A stretch of DNA of 62,110 nt, the filler included, from Actinomycetota bacterium (lineage in GTDB: Bacteria > Actinomycetota > Acidimicrobiia > IMCC26256 > VFJJ01), in assembly GCA_009886115.1 (NCBI GenBank). It is 4 parts of 4 records of this genome, joined end to end, with 100 filler letters (N's around TTAATTAATTAA, not from the genome) between each part and the next. Parts side by side here need not be neighbours in the genome. Positions count along the whole stretch, not along the records: positions 1 to 7,034 come from VFJJ01000086.1; positions 7,135 to 28,442 come from VFJJ01000119.1; 2 more parts are not named here. The stretch is one strand, 5' to 3'. The translations under genes and the position numbers were made by a program. Positions 1 to 11,114 of the stretch are shown piece by piece (position 1 is the stretch's first letter; each line of letters starts with the position of its first letter). The notes beneath the pieces were generated by a model. It did not search any database. It saw only the letters and a program-made list of their open reading frames with translations, and had not been told where the DNA came from.

Positions 1-14
1 CATCCGCGGATCGC

Positions 15-97
15 CGAACGCCCCGCGAACGCCCGCGAACGCCCGCCGAATGCCCGCGAACGCCCCGCGAATGCCCCGCGAATGCCCGGCGAACGCG
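15..97 (+). repeat. Degenerate 10-11 bp tandem repeat (CGAAYGCCC[C]G, about 8 units)
   Basis: Seen directly upstream of the GGDEF-EAL gene; no spacers between units. Confidence 0.85.
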
Positions 98-185
98 TAG
101 CCGTCCGGTCACCGTGCGAGGTATTCCAGGCGCCCCAAGGGGAAAGTATCGATCGACCCTTCCCGGGGTTCTAGGGTGACGAAAG

Positions 186-2552
186 ATGGCGCTCGATCGT
201 GAGGATCTCGTACGGCAGGATCGGGAGTTCCGAGCCGCGCTGATGATCGGTGCCTTGGCGTCGCTCGGCGGGGTGCTGCTCGCCCTCGGGTCCAAGAGCG
301 CGACCACGACCCGGATCGTCCTGGCGTCGCAGTCGGTGCTCGTGCTGGCGTTCCTGGTGCTGTTCTTCGTGCTCCGAGCCCGCAGGCGGCTGGTGCGAGC
401 CGTGGCGGCGCTGGAAGGGGCCGAGCAACGCTTCGCGGGTCTGGTGGGGAGCTCGGTCGACATCATCGCGGTGGTCTCGGCCGAGGGTCTCGTCACGTAC
501 GTGAGCCAGGCCGTCACCCGCATGCTGGGCTACGAGCTGGAGTCGCCGGTCGGCCAGACCGTCTCGTCGTTCGTGCATCCCGACGATCTCGACGAGGTCG
601 TCGCGGGCCTGGGCGCTCTGGGCTCCGAGGTGAACGAGCGCGAGCCTCGGCGAGTCCGGATCCGGGCCGTCGACGGGCTCTACCACTGGGTCGAGGTCAT
701 CAGCTCGAACATGCTCGACGACACCGTCATCCAGGGCTACGTCCTCAACGTCCGCGACATCTCCGAGCGCATCGACTCCGAGGCGGTGCTGCGGGAATCG
801 GAGGAGCGTTTCCGATCGGCGTTCGACGGCGCCCCGATCGGCATGGCGCTCGTGGCCCCCGACGGAAGCTTCCTCCGCGTCAACCAGGCGCTCGGCGACA
901 TGCTCGGTCACACCGAGACCAGCCTCCTGGCAGCGCGGGCCGCCGACCTCGTGCATCCCGACGACCGGGCCGTCATCGGCGACGCTCTGGCCTCCATCGC
1001 CGACGGGAGCTTGGCGCTGCACCGGGCGGAGACCCGCTACCTTCGAGACGACGGTCGGGTGGTGTGGGCCATCCACACCGCGGCCGCGGTGCGCGATGCC
1101 GAGGGCCAGCTGCTGTATTCCACGGTCCAGGTGATGGACGTGACCGAGCAGCGCGAAGCCGCCGAACGGCTCGAGCACCAGGCGCTGCACGATCCGCTGA
1201 CCGGGCTCCCCAACCGCGCGTTGTTCCTCGACCGGCTCGAGCATGCGCTCGAACGGACGCAGCGCTCGGCGCTCGGCGTGGCCGTGCTCTTCCTCGATCT
1301 CGACCGGTTCAAGGTGGTCAACGACAGCCTCGGTCACGGCGCGGGCGACGATCTGCTCAACGAGGTCGCGCAGCGTCTCCGGGCCGTCGTGCGCCCGCTC
1401 GACACCGTGGCCCGCTTCGGGGGTGACGAGTTCACGGTCCTGATCGAGGACGTCGTCGACGAGGAACAGGCCACGATCGTCGCCGAACGGATCGGGGAGG
1501 CCATCTCGGAGCCCTTCGATCTGCACGGCTCGGAAGTGTTCGTGAACACCAGCATCGGCATCGCGCTCAGCTCCGTGCTCGACGTCGACCCCGAGACCCT
1601 CGTGCGCGACGCCGACGCCGCGATGTACCGGGCCAAGGAGCGGGGTCGAGCCCGCTACGAGGTGTTCGACGAGCGCGTGCGCCACTCCGTCGTCGAACGG
1701 CTCTCGATGGAGAGCGCGCTGCACCGGGCCTTGGCCCGCGGCGAGTTCGAGCTCGTCTACCAGCCCGAGGTCGATCTCCGTACCGGGAGGATCATCGGCA
1801 TCGAGGCCTTGTTGCGTTGGAAGCACGCCGATCGGGGAGTCCTCAAGCCCGGGCACTTCATCACCGTCGCCGAGGAGACCGGGCTCATCGTCCCCATCGG
1901 TGCCTGGGTGCTGCACGAGGCGTGTCGCCAGGCCGAGCGGTGGCGGACGGCCGGCGCCGGGAACGGTCATCCCAACGAAGTGCCGGCCGTGTGGGTGAAC
2001 CTCTCCGCTCGCCAGCTCTCCCATCCGGGGCTGCGCGACGCGTTGGCCGACGCGCTCGTCGAGACCGGCGCCCCTCCCGGCTCGATCTGCCTGGAGATCA
2101 CCGAGAGCGTCCTGATGGGTGACGCCGCGGCGACCATCGAGACACTGGAGTCGCTGCGCGACCTCGGAGTGCGCCTCGGCGTCGACGACTTCGGTACCGG
2201 GTACTCGTCGCTCGTGTATCTCAAGCGCTTCCCGGTCGACGTGCTCAAGATCGATCGCACCTTCGTCGACGGTCTCGGGCGGGAGTCCGACGACACCGCC
2301 ATCGTGGCCGCAGTCATCGGTCTCGCCCATTCGCTCGGGCTCACCGCGGTGGCCGAAGGTGTCGAGACCGCCTTCCAGGTCGCCGAGCTACGAACCTTGG
2401 GCTGCGACGTGGGCCAGGGGTACTTCTTCGCGGAGCCCCAACCGGCCGACGTGATCGACGCCCTGCTCGGGCGCCCCCTGCTCGCCGGGACGCTGCTCTC
2501 GGGCGGCGGCCCCGATTTGATCGACCTCCGGGCCCAGGAGCTCCACATCTGA
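186..2552 (+). CDS. Membrane-anchored PAS-PAS-GGDEF-EAL diguanylate cyclase/phosphodiesterase
   Basis: Two N-terminal hydrophobic segments, two PAS-like HPDD motifs, HDPLTGLPNR, RFGGDEF, GIEALLRW, EITES, DDFGTGYSSL, AEGVET. Confidence 0.95.
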   Translation: MALDREDLVRQDREFRAALMIGALASLGGVLLALGSKSATTTRIVLASQSVLVLAFLVLFFVLRARRRLVRAVAALEGAEQRFAGLVGSSVDIIAVVSAEGLVTYVSQAVTRMLGYELESPVGQTVSSFVHPDDLDEVVAGLGALGSEVNEREPRRVRIRAVDGLYHWVEVISSNMLDDTVIQGYVLNVRDISERIDSEAVLRESEERFRSAFDGAPIGMALVAPDGSFLRVNQALGDMLGHTETSLLAARAADLVHPDDRAVIGDALASIADGSLALHRAETRYLRDDGRVVWAIHTAAAVRDAEGQLLYSTVQVMDVTEQREAAERLEHQALHDPLTGLPNRALFLDRLEHALERTQRSALGVAVLFLDLDRFKVVNDSLGHGAGDDLLNEVAQRLRAVVRPLDTVARFGGDEFTVLIEDVVDEEQATIVAERIGEAISEPFDLHGSEVFVNTSIGIALSSVLDVDPETLVRDADAAMYRAKERGRARYEVFDERVRHSVVERLSMESALHRALARGEFELVYQPEVDLRTGRIIGIEALLRWKHADRGVLKPGHFITVAEETGLIVPIGAWVLHEACRQAERWRTAGAGNGHPNEVPAVWVNLSARQLSHPGLRDALADALVETGAPPGSICLEITESVLMGDAAATIETLESLRDLGVRLGVDDFGTGYSSLVYLKRFPVDVLKIDRTFVDGLGRESDDTAIVAAVIGLAHSLGLTAVAEGVETAFQVAELRTLGCDVGQGYFFAEPQPADVIDALLGRPLLAGTLLSGGGPDLIDLRAQELHI

Positions 2553-2601
2553 TCGGAGTGGGCGCCGTCGGTTGACTCAAGTCTCCCTGGTTCGGGCCGA
2601 C

Positions 2602-4104
2602 GTGAGTCATGTGCACTGGCGTCCTCCCGCGTGGCTGATCCTGCTGCTGGCTGCTGTGATCTACGGTACGTACCAGCATCGGGCCACCGCGTCCGAGCTC
2701 GGTGTAGCCAAGGAGATCGGTGGCATGGCGGCCTACTGGTCACCGCTCGAGACCGCCGATCCGGTGGCCGGGGGCGCCGTCTTCGATGGCATCGTCGGAT
2801 CGCGGCCCGGGGCCGTCGCTGCGGGGCTCGCCGGCGTCGTCGCCGTGGGTCGGCAGACCGACGGCGACGGAGGCACGGATGCCGCCGTGTGGGCGTCGGT
2901 CGACGGGGCCGCGTGGGCCCGGGTCCCCGATGGCAACGGCGAGCTCGGCGGTCCTGGCAACCAGGACATCCGCGGAATCGCCGCGTGGCCGACCGGGGGA
3001 TCGCAGAGCGGTTTCGTCGCCGTTGGCGTCGACACGCTGGTGACCGGGGTGAGCGCGCCCGCCGACGGTTCCGAGTCGGCCGAGTCGGACGCCGCGATCT
3101 GGGTCTCCGCGACCGGAGTCCATTGGCAGCGCGTCGGCCACGACGTCGACGATCTCGGTGGTCCCGGAGCGCAGGTGATGGAGGCGGTGGCCCCGGCTGG
3201 CGTCGGGATGGTTGCCGTGGGCTGGGCCCGGACCGGGCTCTTCCAGGGCGAGGCCGCGGCGTGGGTGTCGTCCGACGGGCAGGTGTGGCAGCGGATCGAG
3301 TCAGAGGCGTTCGGGGGCCCTGGGGAACGACGCATGCTCGCGGTCACGGCCTTCCCCGACGGCGTGGTGGCCGTGGGCTGGGAAGCGGACACCGATGGTG
3401 TGCACCATCCCGCCGCATGGGTGTCGAACGACGGGACTGCCTGGGCTCGGGCCACGAACGTCGCCGGGTCGATCCCCCTTGCCTCGTTGCCTGCCGGAGC
3501 GAGCATCGACCAGCTTCCGATCGGCGAGCTGCGCTCGGTGATGGTCACGTCGGAACAGATCCTCGCGGCTGGACACATGACCGGGATCGCAGGCGAGCGC
3601 GTGGGCGATATCGACGGTGCGCTGTGGACATCGACCAATGGGATCACGTGGAACGCCATCCTCCCCGTCGAGCGCGGCACCGCCATCTTCGGCGGCCCCG
3701 GGCGGCAGTCACTGGTCGGGGTCGTCGCCGCGCAGACCACCGATGGGCTGCGTTTCGTGGCCGTGGGCGAGACCCAGCGCGTCGAACCCGTGGACGACGG
3801 GCCCGATGACTCCGACGATGCAGCCAGCACCGACGATGCCGGCACCGGTCCTGCCGACGGCAGCTCGATCGGTGCCGCCTACGGTCCACCGGTGTTCGCC
3901 ACGTGGTGGTCGGCCGACGGCAACGTGTGGCGCCCTCAGGGCGTGCTCGGTGTCGGCGACTTCGAGGCGTCGTCGGCGACGGCGTTGATCACGATCGAGG
4001 ACCGGTTCCTCGCGTTGGGGACGGCTGCCGAGCCCGGGGGCGACGCCGAACCGGCCGCCTGGTATCTCAGGCTCGAGCTCGCACGACCCGACCAGCCGGG
4101 TTGA
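2602..4104 (+). CDS. Exported or membrane-anchored protein with six Asp-box-like W-x-S-x-(D/N/T)-G-x-x-W repeats (probable beta-propeller)
   Basis: N-terminal hydrophobic stretch; WASVDGAAW, WVSATGVHW, WVSSDGQVW, WVSNDGTAW, WTSTNGITW, WWSADGNVW. Start uncertain (2572 or 2602). Confidence 0.75.
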   Translation: MSHVHWRPPAWLILLLAAVIYGTYQHRATASELGVAKEIGGMAAYWSPLETADPVAGGAVFDGIVGSRPGAVAAGLAGVVAVGRQTDGDGGTDAAVWASVDGAAWARVPDGNGELGGPGNQDIRGIAAWPTGGSQSGFVAVGVDTLVTGVSAPADGSESAESDAAIWVSATGVHWQRVGHDVDDLGGPGAQVMEAVAPAGVGMVAVGWARTGLFQGEAAAWVSSDGQVWQRIESEAFGGPGERRMLAVTAFPDGVVAVGWEADTDGVHHPAAWVSNDGTAWARATNVAGSIPLASLPAGASIDQLPIGELRSVMVTSEQILAAGHMTGIAGERVGDIDGALWTSTNGITWNAILPVERGTAIFGGPGRQSLVGVVAAQTTDGLRFVAVGETQRVEPVDDGPDDSDDAASTDDAGTGPADGSSIGAAYGPPVFATWWSADGNVWRPQGVLGVGDFEASSATALITIEDRFLALGTAAEPGGDAEPAAWYLRLELARPDQPG

Positions 4105-4170
4105 CGGTCGTCCAGACGGCTCGACCTCCGCCGGTAGTGTGACCCGTTCGCGCTTCGAGGGAAGAGACAC

Positions 4171-5118
4171 ATGGCTCCCAAGCTGTCGGTGTTCGTGACC
4201 GAGGTCCGCGATCCTCGTCGGGCCGTGGTGTCGACGACGGAGGCCGAGGCGCTCGGCTTCCACGGAGCGTGGTTCCCCTCGACGATGGCGTCCGATGCGC
4301 TGACGCTGGCCGCCCTCGCCGCAGCGGCGACCGAACGGATCGGTGTGGGCACGGCTGTCGTGCCGATGCCGACGCGCCATCCGATGGTGCTCGCCCAGCA
4401 GGCGCTGACCGTCCAGGCCGTCGCACGCGGACGCTTCAGCCTCGGGGTGGGAACCGGGCATCCGCTCCTCGTCGCGCAGGCGTACGGCGTGCGCCCGATG
4501 CGTCGACTCGTCGAGGTGCGCGACCACCTCGACGCGCTGCGCAACGCGCTTTCGGGCCCCGACGGCTCCCGAGGCGGCGGTCCGGCGGGGCTGATCATGG
4601 TCGAGCCGAGCCTGCCCGTCGGGCTCGTGGTCGGGGCGCTCTCGCCCCGCCTGGCCGCCCTCGGGGGCGCGCTCGCGAGTGGTGTCGTCACCTGGCTGAC
4701 GCCGGCGTCGTACATCGCCGACATCCTGGTTCCCGCCGTGGCGTCGGGCGCGGAGCGGACCAATGTGATCGCCCCTCCGACGGTGGCCTGTGTCCCGGTG
4801 ATCCTCACCGGGGATCGTGAGCACGCCCGTGCCGCAGCGGAGGCCGAGATCGGTGTGGCGCTGCGCCTCCCGGCGTTCCGGGCCATGCTCGAATCTGCGG
4901 GGGCGATCGGGCGGGGGCAGCCGGCCGACCTCGGGTTCACCGACGTGCTGCTCGACCGGGTCGTGGCCTGGGGAGACCAGGAGCTCCTCGTCTCCCGCCT
5001 CGCCGACTACGCCCGGGCCGGGGTGAGCGAGATCGCCGTCGCTCCCATCGGCGTGGGCTCCGACGCCGACTCCGATCGAGCCCGCACCCGGGCGGCGATC
5101 GCCGAGCTCATCGGGTGA
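4171..5118 (+). CDS. LLM-class (luciferase-like, probably F420-dependent) oxidoreductase
   Basis: AEALGF..AW, ATERIGVGTAVVP..RHP..LAQQA.T, GRFSLGVG motifs. Confidence 0.88.
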   Translation: MAPKLSVFVTEVRDPRRAVVSTTEAEALGFHGAWFPSTMASDALTLAALAAAATERIGVGTAVVPMPTRHPMVLAQQALTVQAVARGRFSLGVGTGHPLLVAQAYGVRPMRRLVEVRDHLDALRNALSGPDGSRGGGPAGLIMVEPSLPVGLVVGALSPRLAALGGALASGVVTWLTPASYIADILVPAVASGAERTNVIAPPTVACVPVILTGDREHARAAAEAEIGVALRLPAFRAMLESAGAIGRGQPADLGFTDVLLDRVVAWGDQELLVSRLADYARAGVSEIAVAPIGVGSDADSDRARTRAAIAELIG

Positions 5119-5170
5119 TCGAACCCGGGACCTGACGCTCGACCGACCTCGCCGCCTCGCCGATCTCGGC

Positions 5171-5220
5171 GGCGTCGAGCGGCGTCGAGCGGCGTCGAGC
5201 GGCGTCGAGCGGCGTCGAGC
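5171..5220 (+). repeat. Perfect tandem repeat (GGCGTCGAGC)x5
   Basis: Seen directly, intergenic. Confidence 0.95.
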
Positions 5221-5506
5221 GGTGGCTGCAGTTCCAGGGGCGCTCCCAGGTCGGTCGTGCTGGGCCGAGCCGTCGACGATCTCGGCTTCAACAGCGGCCT
5301 GGGCGTGGTCGTGCTGGCATTCGGCCGAGCTCCGGGTGCTCGATCTGGGCCTTCCGGCGGTTCCCGACGCGGTTTGCCGGAAACCGGGGAATCTCCTGGC
5401 AGCAGAGTCACCAGAGGCGTTGTACCGTCCGCTCGTCGACCTCATCGACACGCCCCTCACCGGGCGTCGATCCCCACGGACGGGCCCACAGGCGAGCGGG
5501 CAGCGC

Positions 5507-6868
5507 ATGATGAGCAGCGATCAGATGGGTCTGGGCGACGGCGCGCTGGCTGACCACCCGGGTGCGCCACCGTCTCGCGTGCCGGCCTCGGTGGCGATGG
5601 TGTTCCAGCACCTGGCGCACGTCCTCGACTCGTCGGTGCGTTCGTCGCCCAGCGTTCCCGTGCCGATCAGGGAGTTCGCGGCCGAGCACTGCGGCGTCGC
5701 CCCGGGGGAGATGGTGTGTGCGTCGGAAGATCTCTCGGCGCTCACGACCCAGCTCGTGGGTCGGGTGCTGGGTCGGCTCCTGCACGCCCACGAGCACGCG
5801 CCGGCGGGGGTTGCGGTGCGCGGGGTCGACGACAACGATCCACCCCACTGGGAACGGCTCGTGGTCGACGGGCACGTCGAGATGATCCCGTCGTCGATGG
5901 CGGCGGCGTTCCCATCGGGAGCGATCACCGAAGCTCCGGTCGTGCTCGTGCTCGAGGAGCGCTACGGCGACCGCCAGATCTCGGTGTGGTCGGCCCGGGC
6001 TCACGCCGAGCAGGGCTACACGGTGCTCCAGGAGATCCTCGAGCGTGCTCGCACCGTCGACAATCCGTTCCGGGGGAAGGTGCTCGAAGCGACGATCGAG
6101 ATGAACCGGGGCCTCGTGTTCCGGGCTCCGAAGCCGCCGACCGCCGAGCGTCATCGTCTCGTGCTCCCCGATGCGCTCTGGGAGGAGATCGACCTCAACG
6201 TGCACGGCCTCTTCGCCAACCTCGAGCGGCTCCAAGCGGCCGATCTCGGGACCAACCGGGGCCTGCTGCTCGTCGGGCCCCCGGGGACGGGCAAGACCTG
6301 GATCTGCAAGGTGCTCGCGGCCGAGCTCGCCGGCGAGGTGACCGTGGTCTTCTGCTCGGCCCGGGCGGTCACGCACTGCATCGGGCTGATCTACGAGGAG
6401 GTGAAGTGGCTCGCTCCGGCGCTCGTGGTGATCGAGGACATCGATCTCATCGTGCCGAACCGGGCCCACGCCCAGAGCGGCCTGCTCCAGGAGTTCCTGC
6501 TCGCGCTCGACGGGGCGATGACCTCGCACGGCGGGGTCGTCACCGTCGCGACCACGAATGCCGTCGACTCCATCGACGATGCCGCCAAGCGTGCAGCCCG
6601 GTTCGACCGGATCCTCGAGGTGCCCAAGCCCACCGAGGAAGGGCGCCGCAAGATCCTCAAGACGTACCTCGACCCGCTCGGCGCCGGTGTCCGGGCCTCG
6701 GTCGACGTCCAGCGTGTGGCAGCGCTGACCGAAGGCGCGACCGGAGCCGAGCTCAGGGAGCTCGTCCGCCTGGCCGTGCTCCACACCGACGGTGTGGTGA
6801 GCACCGAGATCCTCGTGCGTCTGGCCAACGACGGTGCGGCCTCGACCGCTCCCGGGATGTACCTGTAG
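5507..6868 (+). CDS. AAA+ ATPase
   Basis: Walker A GPPGTGKT, Walker B VVIEDID, SRH ATTN...RAARFDR; ATG 5507 preferred over 5222. Confidence 0.88.
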   Translation: MMSSDQMGLGDGALADHPGAPPSRVPASVAMVFQHLAHVLDSSVRSSPSVPVPIREFAAEHCGVAPGEMVCASEDLSALTTQLVGRVLGRLLHAHEHAPAGVAVRGVDDNDPPHWERLVVDGHVEMIPSSMAAAFPSGAITEAPVVLVLEERYGDRQISVWSARAHAEQGYTVLQEILERARTVDNPFRGKVLEATIEMNRGLVFRAPKPPTAERHRLVLPDALWEEIDLNVHGLFANLERLQAADLGTNRGLLLVGPPGTGKTWICKVLAAELAGEVTVVFCSARAVTHCIGLIYEEVKWLAPALVVIEDIDLIVPNRAHAQSGLLQEFLLALDGAMTSHGGVVTVATTNAVDSIDDAAKRAARFDRILEVPKPTEEGRRKILKTYLDPLGAGVRASVDVQRVAALTEGATGAELRELVRLAVLHTDGVVSTEILVRLANDGAASTAPGMYL

Positions 6869-6987
6869 CCCTGGAGGCGGTGCTCGTCGCCCAGGCCCCC
6901 TGGACGCGGTGCTCGTCGGTCAGGCGCGTCGCGAATGGCCGGTCGGCCATTGCCCGTCGGGCGAGCGTGCCCGCTACCGTCGGCGCC

Positions 6988-7034
6988 ATGTCCGGCGGTG
7001 TGAGCGAACAGGTCGATCTGGTGGTGGTGGGGGC
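6988..7034 (+). CDS. 5' fragment of a probable FAD/NAD(P)-binding oxidoreductase, cut by the contig end
   Basis: MSGGVSEQVDLVVVG resembles the strand before a GxGxxG motif; TACCGT lies 7 nt upstream of the ATG. Confidence 0.5.
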
Positions 7035-7134
7035 NNNNNNNNNNNNNNNNNNNNNNNNNNNNNNNNNNNNNNNNNNNNTTAATTAATTAANNNNNNNNNN
7101 NNNNNNNNNNNNNNNNNNNNNNNNNNNNNNNNNN
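7035..7134. other. Artificial contig linker
   Basis: N-run + TTAATTAATTAA + N-run, 100 nt. Confidence 0.98.
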
Positions 7135-7162
7135 CGCCTGGCGACGATTTCTGCACACAGAT

Positions 7163-7200
7163 GGGGTTGGGGGCTGGGGGTTGGGGGCTGGGGGCTGGGG
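7163..7200 (+). repeat. G-run 7-mer tandem repeat (GGGGG[C/T]T)n
   Basis: Six runs of G4-5 separated by 2-nt loops. Confidence 0.85.
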
Positions 7201-7202
7201 CG

Positions 7203-7646
7203 TCAGGCGACGGGCTGGGGCGTCAGGAGCACCAGGGGGATCGGGCGCTCGGTCCGGGCCTGGTACTTCGTATAGCCCTTGTAGAGGCCCGTGATGCGAG
7301 GCCACCACTCGGCTCGCTCCTCGGCGGTGGCCACGCGGGCCGTGTAGCGCAGGGTGGCGCCTCCGTGCTCGGCCGAGACCGAGGGGTTGGCGACGCAGTT
7401 GTGGAACCAGCCCGGGGAGGCCTCGGCGCCGCCGTTCGACGCCACGATCACGACCCGGCCGTCGCCGAGATCGAGATACATGAGGGGTGAGACGCGCTGG
7501 GCTCCCGACTTGGCTCCGGTGGTGTGCAAGAGCAGCGAGGGCATGCCACTGAACGCCAGCTTGCCCTTGCGCAGTCGGTGCAGCTTGGTGAAGAAGGCGT
7601 TGAATGCTCGTTGGAACCTCGGGTTCTGCGTCCACGTCTTGGCCAT
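7203..7646 (-). CDS. Deazaflavin (F420)-dependent nitroreductase family protein (Ddn-like)
   Basis: LLLHTTGAKSG..R.SPL, IVASNGG...PGWFHN..ANP, Y..YQART.R.IP. Confidence 0.92.
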   Translation of the reverse strand: MAKTWTQNPRFQRAFNAFFTKLHRLRKGKLAFSGMPSLLLHTTGAKSGAQRVSPLMYLDLGDGRVVIVASNGGAEASPGWFHNCVANPSVSAEHGGATLRYTARVATAEERAEWWPRITGLYKGYTKYQARTERPIPLVLLTPQPVA

Positions 7647-7647
7647 A

Positions 7648-9255
7648 TCAGCCGTTCCCTTCCAGCTTCTCGTCGAGCAGGCGATTGAGCACCTGCGGAT
7701 TGCCCTGCCCGGCGAGTGCCTTCATGGCTTCACCCATGAAGAATCCCCGCTTCTTCTTGCGGGCCTTGTCGTCGCCGGCTCGGTACTCGGCCACGGCATC
7801 GGCGTTGGCCGCGAGGATCCCGTCGATCACCGAGCCCAGCGAACTCTCGTCGCTCACCTGGGCCAGGCCCCGATCGGTCACGATTCGAGCTGGCCGTCGA
7901 CCGTCGGCCAGCGCCTCGCCCAACACGTCCTTGGCCTGGTTGCGCGAGATCGTGCCCGCGGCCACGAGCCCCACGAGCTCGGCGAGGGCGGCGGGCGCAA
8001 GGGACAACGCTGCGGGAGACGAGCCGGTTTCGTTGAGGTGACCGGCGATCTCGCCGTTGACCCAGTTGACGATGTCGCGAGGCGACCCGCCCCGGGCCCC
8101 GTCGACCGCGAGAGCCTCCAGCGCCTCCAGCGCCTCCAGCGCCGACACCGCGGCCTCCGCGTAGTCGGCGAGACCAGGCGTACCCAACAACGCCGCCGCG
8201 TCGCGCTCGGTGATGGCCCACGCAGCGACGAGCCGATCGCGCCGGGCCGCCGGCAGCTCGGGCATGGCGGCTCGTACCGCGGCCCGCATCTCGGGCGTGG
8301 GGGCGACGGGCACCAGGTCGGGCTCGGGGAAGTACCGGTAGTCGTAGGCCTCCTCCTTCGAGCGCATCGAGTGGGTCTGACCGTCGTTCTCGTTCCAGTG
8401 ACGGGTCTCCTGCACGACCCGTCCGCCGGCCTCCAGCACCTCGATCTGGCGGGCCCGCTCGTACTCGATCGCTCGCCCCAACGAGCGGATGGAGTTCACG
8501 TTCTTGGTCTCGGTGCGGGTACCGAAGCCGTCGCTGCCCCGACGGCGCACCGACACGTTGGCGTCGACGCGCATCGAGCCCTCCTCCATCTTCACGTCTG
8601 ACACACCGATGGCTTCGAGGGTCGCCCGCAGCTCGGAGGCGTAGGCCTTGGCCTGTTCCGACGATCGGATGTCGGGCTCGCTCACGATCTCGAGCAGCGG
8701 CACGCCGGCCCGGTTGTAGTCGACGAGCGAGAAATCGGCGTCGTGGATGCGTCCGCCGCCGCCGACGTGGGTGGTCTTGCCGGTGTCTTCTTCCATGTGG
8801 GCCCGCGTGATCGTGATGCGCACCCCGTCGACGTCGAGATGGCCGCCCAGGCAGATCGGCTCGTCGTACTGCGAGGTCTGGAAGTTCTTGGGCATGTCGG
8901 GATAGAAGTAGTTCTTCCGGGCGAACACCGACTGCGCCGGCACGTCGAAGTGGAAGGCCTCCCCCACCCGCAGCGCGTACTCGACGACCAACTCGTTGAG
9001 GACGGGCAACGCGCCCGGCAGCCCCAGGCACACCGGGCACACGTTGGTGTTCGGCTCCTGCCCGAACTCGTTGGCACAGCCACAGAAGAGCTTGGTGGCC
9101 GTCGCCAGCTCCACGTGCACCTCGAGGCCGACGACGAGCTCCCAGCCGTCGGCGTGACCGTCGAGACCCACCTCGATGGTGTCGGGCGCGTCGGTTTCGG
9201 AAGGCGTGGTCGGCGCCGACGGGGTCGACGGGGTCGACGGCTCGGGCGGGGTCAT
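7648..9255 (-). CDS. gatB: Asp-tRNA(Asn)/Glu-tRNA(Gln) amidotransferase subunit B
   Basis: [56 protein letters not shown] overlaps the gatA stop. Confidence 0.97.
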   Translation of the reverse strand: MTPPEPSTPSTPSAPTTPSETDAPDTIEVGLDGHADGWELVVGLEVHVELATATKLFCGCANEFGQEPNTNVCPVCLGLPGALPVLNELVVEYALRVGEAFHFDVPAQSVFARKNYFYPDMPKNFQTSQYDEPICLGGHLDVDGVRITITRAHMEEDTGKTTHVGGGGRIHDADFSLVDYNRAGVPLLEIVSEPDIRSSEQAKAYASELRATLEAIGVSDVKMEEGSMRVDANVSVRRRGSDGFGTRTETKNVNSIRSLGRAIEYERARQIEVLEAGGRVVQETRHWNENDGQTHSMRSKEEAYDYRYFPEPDLVPVAPTPEMRAAVRAAMPELPAARRDRLVAAWAITERDAAALLGTPGLADYAEAAVSALEALEALEALAVDGARGGSPRDIVNWVNGEIAGHLNETGSSPAALSLAPAALAELVGLVAAGTISRNQAKDVLGEALADGRRPARIVTDRGLAQVSDESSLGSVIDGILAANADAVAEYRAGDDKARKKKRGFFMGEAMKALAGQGNPQVLNRLLDEKLEGNG

Positions 9256-10787
9256 GCCGGTCCTCCCGGTCGGGCCCTGGCCGCGAACCCGAAGCCCAGC
9301 TCCAGTGCCCGGGCCACCCTGAACATCACGGCCTCGCCGAGCCCCGGAGCCAGCACCTGCACGCCGATCGGCAGCCCCGACCCGTCGAGCCCGGCCGGGA
9401 TCGACATGGCGGCGGCGCCGGCCAGGTTGGTGGGGATGGTGCACACGTCGCTCAGGTACATCGCCAACGGGTCGTCGACCTTGTCGCCCAATGGGAACGC
9501 AGTCGTGGGCGTCGTCGGCGACAGCAGCACGTCGAAGTGCTCGTAGGCCCGGTCGAAGTCGCGGATGATGAGCGTGCGCACCCGCTGGGCCTGCCCGTAG
9601 TAGGCGTCGTAGTACCCCGCCGAGAGGGCGTAGGTGCCGAGCATGATGCGCCGCTTGACCTCGGCCCCGAAACCGGCGTGCCGGGTGGCGCCGTTCATGG
9701 CGGCCGCGTTGGCCGATCCCGGCTCACCGGGCACCACTCGCAGCCCGTAGCGGATGCCGTCGAAGCGGGCGAGGTTCGATGACGCCTCGGCCGGGGCGAT
9801 GAGGTAATAGGCCGGGAGGCCGTAGATGGCCGACGGCACCGACACCGAGTCGAGCGTCGCCCCCGCCTGCTCGAGCAGCTTGACGGCCTGTTCGAGCGCG
9901 GCCGACACCTCAGGCTGGATACCGTCGACCTCGGTGAGCTCGCGCACCACGCCGACCCGCAGGCCCGCCACCCCGCGCTCGAGCCCGGGGAGGATCGGCT
10001 CGCACGGCGTGGGGATCGACGTGCTGTCGGCGGGGTCGTGGCCCCACACCGCTTCGAGGAGCAGCGCGGCGTCCTCGACCGTGCGGGCGAACGGGCCCAC
10101 CTGGTCGAGCGACGAAGCGAAGGCCACGACGCCGTAGCGCGAGACCCGGCCGTAGGTGGGCTTCACGCCGACGACCCCGCACAGCGCGGCGGGTTGACGG
10201 ATCGAGCCGCCGGTGTCGGTTCCCAGCGCCAGCGGTGCGAACCCGGCTGCGACCGCGGCGGCCGAGCCCCCCGACGAGCCTCCAGGCACCCGCCCGAGGT
10301 CCCACGGGTTGTGCGTGGGACCGAACGCCGAGTTCTCGGTCGAGCTGCCCATGGCGAACTCGTCCATGTTGGCCTTGCCCACGGCGATGGCTCCGCTGGC
10401 TTCGAGGCGGGCCACGACGGTGGCGTCGTACGGCGGCAGCCATCCCTCGAGGATGCGCGACCCGCACGTGGTGGGCACGCCCCGGGTGCACAGCACGTCC
10501 TTCACGGCCACCGGGACGCCGGCCAGGGGCGGCAGCGACTCGGGACCGTCGCTCCTGCGCTGGGCGTCGAGCGCGTCGGCCCGGGCCCGAGCGCCATCGG
10601 CGGTCACGTGGAGGAAGGCGTGCACCGAACCGTCGAGCGCCTCGATGCGGGCCAGGTGGGCGTCGACGACCTCACGGGCCGACACCTCGCCCGAGCGGAC
10701 GGCCGCCGCCAACCCGGCCGCCGAGCGTGACGTGAGATCGCGGTCGCGGTCGTGGTCGCGGTCGTGGTCGCTGTCGCTGGAGCTCAC
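9252..10787 (-). CDS. gatA: Glu-tRNA(Gln) amidotransferase subunit A
   Basis: Amidase signature [48 protein letters not shown] overlaps the gatC stop. Confidence 0.97.
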   Translation of the reverse strand: MSSSDSDHDRDHDRDRDLTSRSAAGLAAAVRSGEVSAREVVDAHLARIEALDGSVHAFLHVTADGARARADALDAQRRSDGPESLPPLAGVPVAVKDVLCTRGVPTTCGSRILEGWLPPYDATVVARLEASGAIAVGKANMDEFAMGSSTENSAFGPTHNPWDLGRVPGGSSGGSAAAVAAGFAPLALGTDTGGSIRQPAALCGVVGVKPTYGRVSRYGVVAFASSLDQVGPFARTVEDAALLLEAVWGHDPADSTSIPTPCEPILPGLERGVAGLRVGVVRELTEVDGIQPEVSAALEQAVKLLEQAGATLDSVSVPSAIYGLPAYYLIAPAEASSNLARFDGIRYGLRVVPGEPGSANAAAMNGATRHAGFGAEVKRRIMLGTYALSAGYYDAYYGQAQRVRTLIIRDFDRAYEHFDVLLSPTTPTTAFPLGDKVDDPLAMYLSDVCTIPTNLAGAAAMSIPAGLDGSGLPIGVQVLAPGLGEAVMFRVARALELGFGFAARARPGGPA

Positions 10788-11083
10788 GCCTCGTCCTCGA
10801 GGATGCGGGGCACGCGGAATCGGCCGTCCCGGGCGTCGGGAGCGCACGCCAGCACCTCGTCGCGATCGAGCGACGGCTTCACCACGTCGGGGCGCAGCAC
10901 GTTGACCATCGGGAAGGGGTGAGCGGTGGGGGGCACGCCGTCGGTGTCGAGCGCCGAGACCCGGGCCGCGTGGTCGAGGATGCCGGCGAGCTGGCCCGTG
11001 AAGCGGTCGAGCTCGTCGTCGGAGAGGTCGAGCCGAGCCAGCTTCGCCACGTGGCGCACCTGCTCGCGGGTCAGTTCACTCAT
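10784..11083 (-). CDS. gatC: Amidotransferase subunit C
   Basis: V.HVAKLARL...[12 protein letters not shown]...LRPD...FRVPRIL; position in gatCAB. Confidence 0.96.
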   Translation of the reverse strand: MSELTREQVRHVAKLARLDLSDDELDRFTGQLAGILDHAARVSALDTDGVPPTAHPFPMVNVLRPDVVKPSLDRDEVLACAPDARDGRFRVPRILEDEA

Positions 11084-11114
11084 GCTTTGGATGGTACCCG
11101 GGAGGCCGTGAGGC

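Noticed and set aside
15..97. CRISPR array (also considered for 5171-5220)
   Set aside because: Units are 10-11 bp with no spacers, and no cas genes are present
171..2330. Long antisense ORFs here and opposite the cyclase genes (e.g. 39490-42195, 42192-44798, 53101-55755)
   Set aside because: Shadow ORFs of high-GC coding strands with no recognisable motifs
7079..7090. TTAATTAATTAA motif occurring three times
   Set aside because: Sits inside N-runs; a synthetic all-frame stop linker
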